Source: a virus. From it: 64,000 bases of DNA. Within the stretch, counting starts at the first letter, position 1; each line of letters opens with the position of its first letter. The notes beneath the pieces are model-generated. The model had not been told where the DNA came from. It saw only the letters and a list, made by a program, of their open reading frames with translations, and ran no database searches. Both the position numbers and the translations under genes were made by a program. The stretch lies in the IMG/VR virus record IMGVR_UViG_3300011189_000006, positions 1-64,000 of that record; one strand, written 5' to 3'. Below are positions 48,265-58,131 of the stretch, one piece after another.

Positions 48265-49872
48265 ATGATAAAAAGCAAAGAAGTTAGAATAAAAGCAAAT
48301 ACAAGGAATATTAAAAGATTAAGAGAATGTAAGAATAAAGATTTAAAAATAGGGGATTATTTGGATATACCAATATCTTTTCTAACTAGTGGTAGTCATC
48401 AGAAAGTTAGTTGTATATGTGATGTATGTGGTAAAGAGACACAGATAATGTATCAAAAATATATTAAAAATATATCTAATGCTGGTTATTATTCTTGTAG
48501 TTCAAAGTGTTCACAAGATAAGGTTAAGAAAACCTCTAAAGAGAATTGGGGTGTAGAACATTATTCTAAAACAAATGAGTATGAAAGCAGAGTTAAGAAA
48601 ACTAATTTAGATAAATATGATAACGAATATTATTTAAGTTCTAAGAAAGGTAAACAAGTTATAAAACAATCTGTTCTTACTAAATATGGTGTTGATAATG
48701 TTTTCTCAAATAAAAAGATAATTGATAAAATAAAGAAAACTAACATAAAGAAATATGGTGTTGATAATCCATCAAAGTCAAATATTGTTAAGGATAAAAT
48801 AGGTAAAAAAAGTAAAGAAAATTGGATTAAACAGTATAAAAATCATTATAAAGATAAATATGACTTAGATGTTATATCCCTTGATAATAGTATATATGAT
48901 ATTGTTTGTGAATCTTGTAATAAGACATTTAGTATAAATAAATTTTTATTATCAAACAGGCTTCAATTAAACATGGATATATGTACATTATGCAATCCAC
49001 TACTATCTTCTAAATCAAGCTATGAATCAAAAGTTTTAAACTTTTTGGAAAGTATATATGATGGTCAGATATTAACAAATACTAGAGGGATAATAAAGCC
49101 ATTAGAATTAGACTTTTATATCCCAGACCTAAAAATAGCTATTGAGTTTAATGGATTATATTGGCACAATGAGATGCATAAACCAAAAGATTACCATTTT
49201 AATAAACACAAAATGTGTAAAGATTTAGGAATTGAATTATTTCAAATTTGGGAAGATGATTGGTTATACAAAAACGATATAATTAAATCTGTTATAAAGA
49301 ATAAGTTAGGAAAAAATGTAGAGAATAAAATCTTTGGAAGAAAGTGTAAGGTAGAATATGTTCCTAGCAAAATAGCTAACCGCTTTTTAGAGGATAACCA
49401 CCTAAAGGGTAGTTCTAAATCTAAGACAAACATTGGTCTTTATTATAATAATGATTTGGTAAGTCTTATGTCGTTTGGTAGAAATAGAGTATTTATGAAT
49501 AAGAATAGCATGGATGTTTATGAATTACATAGATTTTGCAATAAAATAAACCATTCTGTTATTGGTGGTGCATCAAAATTATTAAAATTTTTTAAAAATA
49601 ATTTTGATTTTAAAGAACTTATCTCATATTATGACAAGTCTTTCGGATTTAAATCTTTCTACGAGAGTATTGGATTTGAATTTATAAAAGAAACTAGCAT
49701 TAACTACCACTATATAAAGAGAGGTATCAGACTACATCGTTATAATTTTAACAAAGCTAAACTAGTAAAATTAGGATATGATCCAAACATGACAGAGAAT
49801 GAAATAACTAAATCTATGGGAATCTACAAAATATATGGTGTTGGTAATTACAAATATTCAATTAGCAAATGA
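48265..49872 (+). CDS. Hef-like homing endonuclease (paralog of 3094..4752)
   Basis: CDVCG zinc ribbon, KYGVDN repeats, ELDFYIP...EFNGLYWH, QIWEDDW. Confidence 0.7.
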   Translation: MIKSKEVRIKANTRNIKRLRECKNKDLKIGDYLDIPISFLTSGSHQKVSCICDVCGKETQIMYQKYIKNISNAGYYSCSSKCSQDKVKKTSKENWGVEHYSKTNEYESRVKKTNLDKYDNEYYLSSKKGKQVIKQSVLTKYGVDNVFSNKKIIDKIKKTNIKKYGVDNPSKSNIVKDKIGKKSKENWIKQYKNHYKDKYDLDVISLDNSIYDIVCESCNKTFSINKFLLSNRLQLNMDICTLCNPLLSSKSSYESKVLNFLESIYDGQILTNTRGIIKPLELDFYIPDLKIAIEFNGLYWHNEMHKPKDYHFNKHKMCKDLGIELFQIWEDDWLYKNDIIKSVIKNKLGKNVENKIFGRKCKVEYVPSKIANRFLEDNHLKGSSKSKTNIGLYYNNDLVSLMSFGRNRVFMNKNSMDVYELHRFCNKINHSVIGGASKLLKFFKNNFDFKELISYYDKSFGFKSFYESIGFEFIKETSINYHYIKRGIRLHRYNFNKAKLVKLGYDPNMTENEITKSMGIYKIYGVGNYKYSISK

Positions 49873-49920
49873 TATACGTGAACATCAACAAACCACGTTT
49901 GTCTTTTTAATATATATGAT

Positions 49921-51309
49921 ATGGAAAAATATTCGGACAAGTTTTTAAATCATTCACATAAGCTAAAAGATAGTGTTATTGGTATGGAATTTGAATTTTA
50001 TATGAAAGAAATGTCATACTATAAAACAATAGAAATGCTTAACAAAGAATTAAGCCCAGTGAAGGTATGGGGTTTTAGACAGTATCACTCTAGCTTTAAA
50101 CCAGATTTTAACAATTTTAAGATAGAACCAGACTTATCTGGTGGTTCAAATATGGTAGAATTAGTAACTGGTCCAATGAATTATTACGATGCTAAGTATT
50201 TTTTAGTTAAAATAGTAAAGTTTATACAAAATTATGGATATACAAATGAGAAATGTTCATTACACTTTAATGTTTCTTTTAATGATGATGAGATAGATCT
50301 AAAGGATATAAACATTCTTAAATTGATTTTAAATACTGATGAGGAAGAAATATACAGAGCATATCCTTCTAGAAAGAACAATGTATATGCTAAGTCTGTT
50401 AAAAACGTCATTCCTTTTAAAGAGTATGATTTTTTTAATATTCCATTATCTGTTGTTAAAAATAACATGAGACTACCTAGTGATAAATATTACGGTGTTA
50501 ATGTTCTAAATATTAACTCACCAAGGGATGAACAAAGGGTAGAATATCGTTACATTGGTGGTGATGATTATGAGAAAAATTTAGGACAAATAATATATTT
50601 TATGGAACGTTTTGTTATTAGTGTGAGGGATAGTATAACACTACCTTTTAATAACGAAGATAAAAATAAGCTAGAAGATTATTTAGAAGAAAACATATCA
50701 TCATATAAGAACTTATCTAGTTATGATAATTTCATTGTTGAGCTTCCTAAGATACAAATACAAATTGATCAGAATAGTAATTATGATGTAGTAAACTCCT
50801 ATTATACTAGTATTTATGATAAGATTTATAATTTCATAAAATCTTGTGATGAATTAAAAGAAGGTATAATGAATTACGTTACACAAACCCAATCATTAGA
50901 AATAATAGATGCTGATATAAAAGCAACATCTACTATAAAAACTGTTGATTTGGTTAACTGCACACTAACTGGCATATTCTATGATTGTTATATAGTAGGT
51001 TCTGAACTTATGAACTCTCAGATAACAAGATCAAAATTATATCAAAGTGATGCATATAAAAGTAAAATTCTAAATTGTAATATAGAGACTTCAACATTAG
51101 AGGATTGCTATTTCGTAGAGGGGTACTTAAATGGTGATATGAGAGGAGGTGTTTATCGCTCTGGTAAATTAGGTCCTTATGCAAGTATGGATTCTAATGT
51201 AAAAGTTATTGATAACGATAGGAATTTCTTTGATACCAAGTTTAACTCAGAAGATGACAAGGCTAGTGATAAAAAAGGACTTAGTGTGTTTGGTAAAGAT
51301 TTTAAATAA
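49921..51309 (+). CDS. Putative amidoligase (COOH-NH2 ligase superfamily) with beta-helix C-terminus
   Basis: GMEFEF, EPDLS, ELVTGP, CSLHFN, KYYGVN and EYRYIGG motifs. Confidence 0.6.
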   Translation: MEKYSDKFLNHSHKLKDSVIGMEFEFYMKEMSYYKTIEMLNKELSPVKVWGFRQYHSSFKPDFNNFKIEPDLSGGSNMVELVTGPMNYYDAKYFLVKIVKFIQNYGYTNEKCSLHFNVSFNDDEIDLKDINILKLILNTDEEEIYRAYPSRKNNVYAKSVKNVIPFKEYDFFNIPLSVVKNNMRLPSDKYYGVNVLNINSPRDEQRVEYRYIGGDDYEKNLGQIIYFMERFVISVRDSITLPFNNEDKNKLEDYLEENISSYKNLSSYDNFIVELPKIQIQIDQNSNYDVVNSYYTSIYDKIYNFIKSCDELKEGIMNYVTQTQSLEIIDADIKATSTIKTVDLVNCTLTGIFYDCYIVGSELMNSQITRSKLYQSDAYKSKILNCNIETSTLEDCYFVEGYLNGDMRGGVYRSGKLGPYASMDSNVKVIDNDRNFFDTKFNSEDDKASDKKGLSVFGKDFK

Positions 51310-51377
51310 TTTTAAATAATTCTATAAATTACTAAACAAATTGCCTTTTTTGTATATAACTAAGAAACAATTTAATT

Positions 51378-51815
51378 ATGATAGAAAATGGAAAATTAGT
51401 TTCAGTTCACTACACTGGAAAAGTAAAAGGTAGCGAAGAAGCATTTGATAGTTCAAAAGATAGAGACCCACTTAAATTTCAAGTTGGATCTGGACAAATT
51501 ATACCAGGATTTGAGAAATCTATTCTAGGTAAAAATGTAGGAGATAAGGTAACTATTGATGTATCTTCAGAAGAAGGATATGGAAGTATTCGTGAAGATC
51601 TTTATGCAAAAGTAAATCAAGATCAATTACCAGGTGATGTAACAGTTGGGCAACAACTACAAGCACAATCAGATAATGGTCAACCAGTTAACGTTGTGGT
51701 AAAAGAAGTCAATGAAGACCATGTCTTAGTTGATGCAAATCATCCATTAGCGGGTAAAGATTTAACTTTTGATATTGAAGTATTAACAGTAGAAAATGTA
51801 GAAAAAGAGGATTAA
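51378..51815 (+). CDS. slyD: FKBP-type peptidyl-prolyl isomerase (SlyD-like)
   Basis: VSVHYTG..FDSS..PL.F.VG.GQII.GFE...DANHPLAGKDLTF. Confidence 0.9.
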   Translation: MIENGKLVSVHYTGKVKGSEEAFDSSKDRDPLKFQVGSGQIIPGFEKSILGKNVGDKVTIDVSSEEGYGSIREDLYAKVNQDQLPGDVTVGQQLQAQSDNGQPVNVVVKEVNEDHVLVDANHPLAGKDLTFDIEVLTVENVEKED

Positions 51816-51835
51816 TAATCCTTAATATCTAGTAC

Positions 51836-51869
51836 AAAAAAAGCTTGTGGAAACACAAGCTTTTTTTTT
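51836..51869. terminator. Bidirectional intrinsic terminator
   Basis: AAAAAAAGCTTGTG-GAAA-CACAAGCTTTTTTTTT. Confidence 0.85.
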
Positions 51870-51882
51870 GTTAATAAAATAA

Positions 51883-52080
51883 TTAATAGTTAGGTGCTAC
51901 TTTAATAACTTCTACGTAGTCATTATGCCACCCCCTAAATAGGTTCTTTTTTCTAAGGGAATGGACAGAGATATCTAGTGCAGTAGAATCGTGTTTTTTA
52001 TATAACTTACCTAGGTTAGTAAATACTTCAATTCTACCAGTTAGTTTCCACCTAAGACATATAACACTTGCATTTCTCAT
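51883..52080 (-). CDS. Hypothetical protein
   Basis: Translationally coupled to the upstream NUDIX gene. Confidence 0.55.
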   Translation of the reverse strand: MRNASVICLRWKLTGRIEVFTNLGKLYKKHDSTALDISVHSLRKKNLFRGWHNDYVEVIKVAPNY

Positions 52081-52661
52081 TATATAATTATTGATTTACT
52101 ATTAGTACCAATCTTTATACCATCTGTTGTCTCTCCACTTAGTATTTCATCCTTAGATATTAATCTTATATTTGGCTTATTTTCCATTGATAAGAATATT
52201 TCTCTTGCTTTTGATATATTAAACTTTATTTTAAAAATATCAAAGTACATAAAATTTTCAAATCCTTCCCTATCTGTTTTTATTTTTTCAGATTTAATAT
52301 ACTCACTAGCATAATCCTCCTTAGACAAAGAACTAAATACACCTTCCTCATCTACCATCTCTTCAATCATTTCTCTATCAACACTAAACTCTCTATTGCC
52401 CTTTTTACTAAACCATATTTCAAAAAGATCTATATTATCTTTTTCCATAAACAATCTCAAGTCGGGTTCTTTTCTCTCATACTCAACACCAATATTGTCC
52501 AGAAATACACTGGCTTCTTTATCATACTCTAAAGCACCACCAAATGGTGTAAAGACTTGATATCCCTTGGATAGTTGGCTTTTGTTTAGACAAAGGAGGT
52601 AATCATCTCCCATTTTTATAGATGCAAATGATGCACAAGATACTCTTACTTTATTTTCCAT
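52080..52661 (-). CDS. SMODS-associated NUDIX-like hydrolase
   Basis: VRVSCA...YLL...FTPFGG...DLRL...WF....RE....RE..EE pattern; likely start MENKVRV. Confidence 0.6.
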   Translation of the reverse strand: MENKVRVSCASFASIKMGDDYLLCLNKSQLSKGYQVFTPFGGALEYDKEASVFLDNIGVEYERKEPDLRLFMEKDNIDLFEIWFSKKGNREFSVDREMIEEMVDEEGVFSSLSKEDYASEYIKSEKIKTDREGFENFMYFDIFKIKFNISKAREIFLSMENKPNIRLISKDEILSGETTDGIKIGTNSKSIII

Positions 52662-53385
52662 ATTTTTCGTATAATTCATTGACCCCTAATAGTCGGTGTA
52701 TAGTACCATCTATTTCTGTTACTTTACTAGCATGAAAGTGTCCGTAATAATGATTCGCTATTTTGTTATTTTGCTTTATAATTCTAAATGCTTCTGTTAT
52801 AAGATACCTCTCTGTGTGTAAATCTGTCTTCAGCATATCATCATTCATTGCCATGTTATCCACAAATATCCCAAACCCATGTGTAGTATCTGGATAACAG
52901 TACACAGGTGATGTGTGTGTCACGATAGTATCTATGCCTCTTATACTAGATAGTATTTCTTCATTTAATTCAAAGCTCTCATCACCCCACCAACTCTTTT
53001 GGACTCTATTTTTATCGGCTATTATTCTACTAACTCTGTCTACACTTATTGCACCACCCATAAAGAGTATATTTTTGGATGATATATTAATCACTGAATA
53101 ATCCTTTACAAAAGTTATGTTAGTAAAGCCAAATGAGTCATTGTCAAAATATGGCTTGTAATCGTGGTTTCCTCTTATTGCATATAGATTTATACATCTT
53201 TCGTATAAATCATCATTGAGAGATGATAGTAATTCATTCTCATTATTAAAATCAGTAAATCCAATACCAAAATCTCCAACTTGTATGATATTAGCATTAT
53301 TTATATCATATCGATTAATTAAATCAGTTATGACATAATACTTTCTATGTATATCTCCCAAAAAAAGCAATCTTTTTTCTTGCAT
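52651..53385 (-). CDS. Calcineurin-like metallophosphoesterase
   Basis: GDIH, VGDFG, RGNHD, GGA.SVDR, THT and GHFH motifs. Confidence 0.85.
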   Translation of the reverse strand: MQEKRLLFLGDIHRKYYVITDLINRYDINNANIIQVGDFGIGFTDFNNENELLSSLNDDLYERCINLYAIRGNHDYKPYFDNDSFGFTNITFVKDYSVINISSKNILFMGGAISVDRVSRIIADKNRVQKSWWGDESFELNEEILSSIRGIDTIVTHTSPVYCYPDTTHGFGIFVDNMAMNDDMLKTDLHTERYLITEAFRIIKQNNKIANHYYGHFHASKVTEIDGTIHRLLGVNELYEKYGK

Positions 53386-53402
53386 AATTATTATATTATT
53401 TT

Positions 53403-53771
53403 TTATGTCAAAGTTTCAAAAATCCTAGATAAATTAAAATCTCTAGTTATACATTTGATACTTTTACCACTTAATGGTATATATGCTTCAATCAATCCTT
53501 CTATTTCATATATAGCATCTAAGTTTAGTGTATAAACCACATCATGTATTATATGTTTATATCTTGATGCTATGATAACACCAACTATAAGATTATCTGA
53601 GTTTCTTTTTGTCCAAGTATCAATACTAACCCAGAAATGACCACATAATATTTTGTGCGATGTACCCACATTGTACATCTTTCCATCTATTTTAATAACT
53701 TTAATAGCTTTGTTACAAATAAATCCGTTACTCAATAAGTAATCGCTTAAAATTTTTAATGATATTTCCAT
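53403..53771 (-). CDS. Hypothetical protein
   Basis: 122-aa ORF. Confidence 0.55.
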   Translation of the reverse strand: MEISLKILSDYLLSNGFICNKAIKVIKIDGKMYNVGTSHKILCGHFWVSIDTWTKRNSDNLIVGVIIASRYKHIIHDVVYTLNLDAIYEIEGLIEAYIPLSGKSIKCITRDFNLSRIFETLT

Positions 53772-53786
53772 ATTAATATATAGCTT

Positions 53787-54737
53787 ATGATAACATGCAA
53801 ATATAACGAATTTTTACTAGACAAGGAATTTAATACCATATTATTTGAAACTTTATTTATTTTAGAGACTAAAGGAGAGTGGGTGGATAACAATACATAC
53901 GAATGGAATATGGAAAAGAAATCAAAACTAAAAAAGTTTTTAGAAAAACTTCCTAAGAGTAGCTTAAAGAAATACTTTTATAAACTTATGTCTAGTCTAA
54001 AAAAATTACCAAAGAACAAAAGAAAAAGACTGGTATTATCTTTATCAACATTATTCTTTACATTTGCTAGCATAAGCTTCTATTTACCAGATGGTGATAT
54101 AGATAAGGATTATGTTGAAGCTAATGATAGAGACTTCTATAAAGAACTTTCTAATACTATAAAAGAATTTAGTAAAGTTGTTATCACTAAAGCTAAGTTC
54201 ACAACTGCACAGAAGTATGTAAAGGAAATAGAAAAGGGTTATTCTAATGACAGAGGTGACTATGGTAATTTTGTAAAGACTGCTTATGGAAAAAGGTTTG
54301 TTGGTAGTAATTACGGTATATCAGCACCAGTTTTAATGGAGTATACAAACAAATTACCAAGTAAGGAGGATATGATTAATCTAAAGTATACAACTGCTTT
54401 AGATATATATAAAAAAAAGTATTGGGAACGACAGAACTTAGATAGCCTTAATAACCAATCAATAGCTAATATAATATATGATGGCTGTGTTAACCAAGGA
54501 ATAAATGGTATGAGAAAAATATTAAGAAAGGCATTTAATGAAAACTCAATACCAATAACATCTAGCGAAAATCCGTTTAGTGAAGATTTCTTAAATCTAG
54601 TAAATGAAGTTGATTCACAAAAGCTCTTTAATTCCATAAAGAAAGAGAGAATAGCAAAATATAAAGTATCTAGAACCTTCAAAAGACATGGGAAAGGATG
54701 GCTTAAAAGAGTAAATTCTATAAAGTATAGTGATTAA
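53787..54737 (+). CDS. Glycoside hydrolase family 108 lysozyme with N-terminal extension/TM segment
   Basis: EKGYSND.GD.G, NYGIS, YKKKYW, D..VNQG, F.RHGKGWL.R motifs. Confidence 0.75.
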   Translation: MITCKYNEFLLDKEFNTILFETLFILETKGEWVDNNTYEWNMEKKSKLKKFLEKLPKSSLKKYFYKLMSSLKKLPKNKRKRLVLSLSTLFFTFASISFYLPDGDIDKDYVEANDRDFYKELSNTIKEFSKVVITKAKFTTAQKYVKEIEKGYSNDRGDYGNFVKTAYGKRFVGSNYGISAPVLMEYTNKLPSKEDMINLKYTTALDIYKKKYWERQNLDSLNNQSIANIIYDGCVNQGINGMRKILRKAFNENSIPITSSENPFSEDFLNLVNEVDSQKLFNSIKKERIAKYKVSRTFKRHGKGWLKRVNSIKYSD

Positions 54738-54771
54738 CTAATATTTTTTTATATATTTGTAAAAAAATATT

Positions 54772-55380
54772 ATGAAAGTCTATCTTACTATGTTACCAAT
54801 CTATATATTTTTCATTTTAATTAAAAATATAGGAAAAACTATCCTTATAACACTCACTATTCTGTCTTATTGTTTTGCTGGTAGTTTTACGGATGATGTT
54901 TATGTTAGGAGTGTTATAGAGGAAGTAGAAGTTCCTACTGGATATGTATATGTATACCATGATGCTAACAATACTGATGGTGTTTCTACTATATTTTTAG
55001 AAGAAAAGGTTGATATTAACAAGGGAACTATAACATATGAAAGCTACGGGGGTCTTAATATTATTTTGTGGGTCTTATTTGCTTTCTTAGTAATAATAAC
55101 TATTATAATTTTGGTAGATGATGGCGTAGGTGATGGCTATGAACTAGATGATGCCTTGAAAAGAACTGTTGTTTTCTTTACAAGGTCAACTATGAACAGA
55201 GATAGCATAGATTACATAGTTCTGGATAGATTCCTACTCAGGACAGACGATATGAATACTACCAGTCAATATAATATAACTAGAAATATATATAATATAG
55301 GTGATGTAATGAGACTTCCTAAATATAACACTATCTTATTAGAAAGAAAAAGGAAGCTTAAAAAACTAAAAATAAGTTAA
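54772..55380 (+). CDS. Membrane protein
   Basis: Two hydrophobic regions; preceded by TATATTTG. Confidence 0.6.
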   Translation: MKVYLTMLPIYIFFILIKNIGKTILITLTILSYCFAGSFTDDVYVRSVIEEVEVPTGYVYVYHDANNTDGVSTIFLEEKVDINKGTITYESYGGLNIILWVLFAFLVIITIIILVDDGVGDGYELDDALKRTVVFFTRSTMNRDSIDYIVLDRFLLRTDDMNTTSQYNITRNIYNIGDVMRLPKYNTILLERKRKLKKLKIS

Positions 55381-55869
55381 TTACAAGTATGTCAAATTCC
55401 TTGTCGATACATTAGGACTTTGAAATCCTATATGGTTTTTATCACCACCACCATCTACTAGAGACATTACTTTATCTACTATTTGAGTTGTGTTTATCCC
55501 CTTGTCATACATATCAGAAATCATATCGGGATAAGAGTCCATTATTTTATTTATTGTAATTGGTGATAAGTTTTTTTGTTTTAGATTATCTAGGACTTCA
55601 GAGAATATATCTTGTTTAGAATATATTTCATCTATCTTTTCCATCTCATCAGCATCATCTAAATCTCTTAAATCACTTACATCAGAGGGATTTCCTTTCT
55701 TTCCTCTATCTTTTTTAAAAACAAATGAGACATCTCCACTACCAGTTGTACCAGTTTGTCCTGGTAATGCCCCTGGTTGTGCAGATACAACAGCACCCAT
55801 CCCACTAGATGAATCACCACCACCTTCACCATCTTCAAAAAATTTGTTATAACTAGCTAAATACTTCAT
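55381..55869 (-). CDS. Hypothetical protein
   Basis: MKYLASYNKFFED N-terminus; GMGAVV..QP...G..GSGD motif. Confidence 0.65.
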   Translation of the reverse strand: MKYLASYNKFFEDGEGGGDSSSGMGAVVSAQPGALPGQTGTTGSGDVSFVFKKDRGKKGNPSDVSDLRDLDDADEMEKIDEIYSKQDIFSEVLDNLKQKNLSPITINKIMDSYPDMISDMYDKGINTTQIVDKVMSLVDGGGDKNHIGFQSPNVSTRNLTYL

Positions 55870-55940
55870 AATTTATATATTAAATAAAAATATTATGTTT
55901 ATCTAAATTTTATTCTTATATTTGTACAAACAAAATAGTT

Positions 55941-56093
55941 ATGGCAACTGATATAGGAGATTTGAAGGAGATGGATTTTGACGAGTTTACTACTTTGTGC
56001 CTAGGTGGATTGGATTTCCGAGAAAGGAAATGCCCAATACAACACTTCATTAGAACTAATATCTTGGAATTTTGTATAAATTATGATATATAA
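55941..56093 (+). CDS. Small hypothetical protein (50 aa)
   Basis: ATG just downstream of a TATATTTG promoter. Confidence 0.4.
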   Translation: MATDIGDLKEMDFDEFTTLCLGGLDFRERKCPIQHFIRTNILEFCINYDI

Positions 56094-56579
56094 AGGATTT
56101 AGAAGCTTAAAAAAAGCAAACCACCTATAAACGTGTTGGTCGAACTACAACATAAGATTATTGGTATTGGTGCACCAGAAAGAGAAGGATGGACTAGTGT
56201 TGGTAGATTGAGACCAAATGGTAGGTTTAGCATTAAACAAAATGTTAGTAATACAGTAGATTTTAGATCACCAACACACTGGAAATTAATAATCGAAAAA
56301 TGACAATAAAAATAAACTGTAAGTATAACGATAATGGTGCTTGGTGTACCAATAAGAAAATTAAGAGGCCATTATTTGGATTAGGTGCAAGAAGATTTTA
56401 CTTATCATCAACATTTAACGATTGATTATATCGATGGAACTTATGCGGAGGGAATAGATTGTAAAGGAAATAGATGGGGAGTTCATGCAAGTGGGAACGG
56501 TGATTGTTTCAATCACAAAATAGAATTTGACTTATTAAACAAAATAACTGATGGCAATTTTTAAACAATACATGCGAAT

Positions 56580-56747
56580 ATGAGAAAGACTAGAGAACAA
56601 AGGAGAAATGAAAGTTCTGAAAAGGTATGTAGGGAACTTAGATACCAAATGGCTAAATATGGCTTAATAGGTGATTGGGGTGCTATAAATAAACACTTTG
56701 ATTGTTGGATGAATAATGCAAAGAGTAATAAGTACAAAAGACCTTAA
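56580..56747 (+). CDS. Small hypothetical protein (55 aa)
   Basis: MRKTREQRR...KYKRP*. Confidence 0.4.
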   Translation: MRKTREQRRNESSEKVCRELRYQMAKYGLIGDWGAINKHFDCWMNNAKSNKYKRP

Positions 56748-56972
56748 CACTTTATATCAAAAACAAAATATATTAAGTGATATATTTTGTTTTTATTTGG
56801 TAGTCTAAATTAAATAGTATATATTTGTGCTATAATAGAAATAATATTAAAATATATAATTATGTTAATTGGAGAAAATTGGTATTACTGGGACAAAGAT
56901 TCAGAGCAATGGAAGCCAGAATCTTATAAATTTGAATTAACAAAATAAACAAATTATAAAACTAATACACTT

Positions 56973-57275
56973 ATGAACATACATTTTTATTTAAATAACG
57001 AAGAAGAAACACCAATAACATCTTTACACGACTTAGTAAGCAACCCATTCTCATTAAATGATATAATTAATTTAGATGTAGAAGAACTTTATCCTGCTGA
57101 TTACAATAAGTATAAAGAAGATTTTAGAAGAAAGATGGTTGAAGATAGTGAAGAGTTCAAAAAAACCTTTAAAAGAAAAAGTGTTAAGTTGGTTAAAGAG
57201 GGTAAGTTTATGAATATGAAAATAATGTCAGAAAGCAAATTAATTATAGAGTATCATTGTGAATTAGTAGATTAG
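56973..57275 (+). CDS. Hypothetical protein
   Basis: 100-aa ORF. Confidence 0.6.
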   Translation: MNIHFYLNNEEETPITSLHDLVSNPFSLNDIINLDVEELYPADYNKYKEDFRRKMVEDSEEFKKTFKRKSVKLVKEGKFMNMKIMSESKLIIEYHCELVD

Positions 57276-57350
57276 GTATGCTGATAATAACCATTGGTTT
57301 ATAAACGAGACTCCTAGAGTACAGTATTAATAATTATACAAACTTTAAAA

Positions 57351-57575
57351 ATGAGAATAGCTAAGATAGCAAATGAAGGCAATGTATATGAATTAACTAG
57401 ATATCCAAATTTTATAGAAAGGTTTTTTGGTATAAAGACAAGAACTGATGTATATGAAGACACAGGAGATTCATATAGTTATGGTGGTAGAATATATGTT
57501 GATCAGAAGGGAATAAAAATAAGAAATGGATCTGAAGTCCAACAAATTATTGAATATTGGAGACGTAGATTATAG
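57351..57575 (+). CDS. Hypothetical protein
   Basis: 74-aa ORF. Confidence 0.55.
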   Translation: MRIAKIANEGNVYELTRYPNFIERFFGIKTRTDVYEDTGDSYSYGGRIYVDQKGIKIRNGSEVQQIIEYWRRRL

Positions 57576-57600
57576 TAATTATACAACAAACTTATATATC

Positions 57601-57810
57601 ATGAGAAAAGCTAATAATACAAAGAAAATATTTACAGACTATTATTTAAATGGTTTTAGATGGTATAGAAAATGTCGCAAAGTTAATTGGTATAAGCATC
57701 AATTTACGAAAGATGCTTTAGAACTATCACCAAACTTTACTGGTACTTGGTGGGTTTTGTATGGGAAGGTAAATAGATATAGCAAAGTCACCAAAGAAGA
57801 AAAATGGTAA
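57601..57810 (+). CDS. Hypothetical protein (Trp-rich)
   Basis: Likely start MRKANN; FRWYRK...WY motif. Confidence 0.55.
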   Translation: MRKANNTKKIFTDYYLNGFRWYRKCRKVNWYKHQFTKDALELSPNFTGTWWVLYGKVNRYSKVTKEEKW

Positions 57811-57825
57811 TATAACAGAGAAAGT

Positions 57826-58044
57826 ATGAACAAAACATTAAGATTAGCAGCAGAAAACATTTTAAAGAATTTACTTCTTGAATGCACAGAAGATCAGAAA
57901 ACAATATTTAAGCGTATGTATTGTCACAAAAACTTAGAGTTACCGATAAATGATGCAGTTGATCAAATATCAGATGATAAAATTGATTGGGCTATCACAC
58001 AGTGCGAAAGAAGCGTAGTTAAAAACAGAGCATCAATAATTTAA
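57826..58044 (+). CDS. Hypothetical protein
   Basis: LL..CT..Q...FKRMY...DWA..Q.ER phage motif. Confidence 0.65.
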   Translation: MNKTLRLAAENILKNLLLECTEDQKTIFKRMYCHKNLELPINDAVDQISDDKIDWAITQCERSVVKNRASII

Positions 58045-58087
58045 ATAAAATTTATTGTTTTTCGTAGTTTTAACCAATTAGTAGTTG

Positions 58088-58095
58088 TATATTTG
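58088..58095 (+). promoter_or_regulatory. Bacteroidota -7 box (TATATTTG) upstream of the ncRNA array
   Basis: Exact TAnnTTTG about 35 nt before the first structured module. Confidence 0.5.
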
Positions 58096-58131
58096 TCTAT
58101 ATTAAATAATTAAAAGAAAGAAGTGATAATT

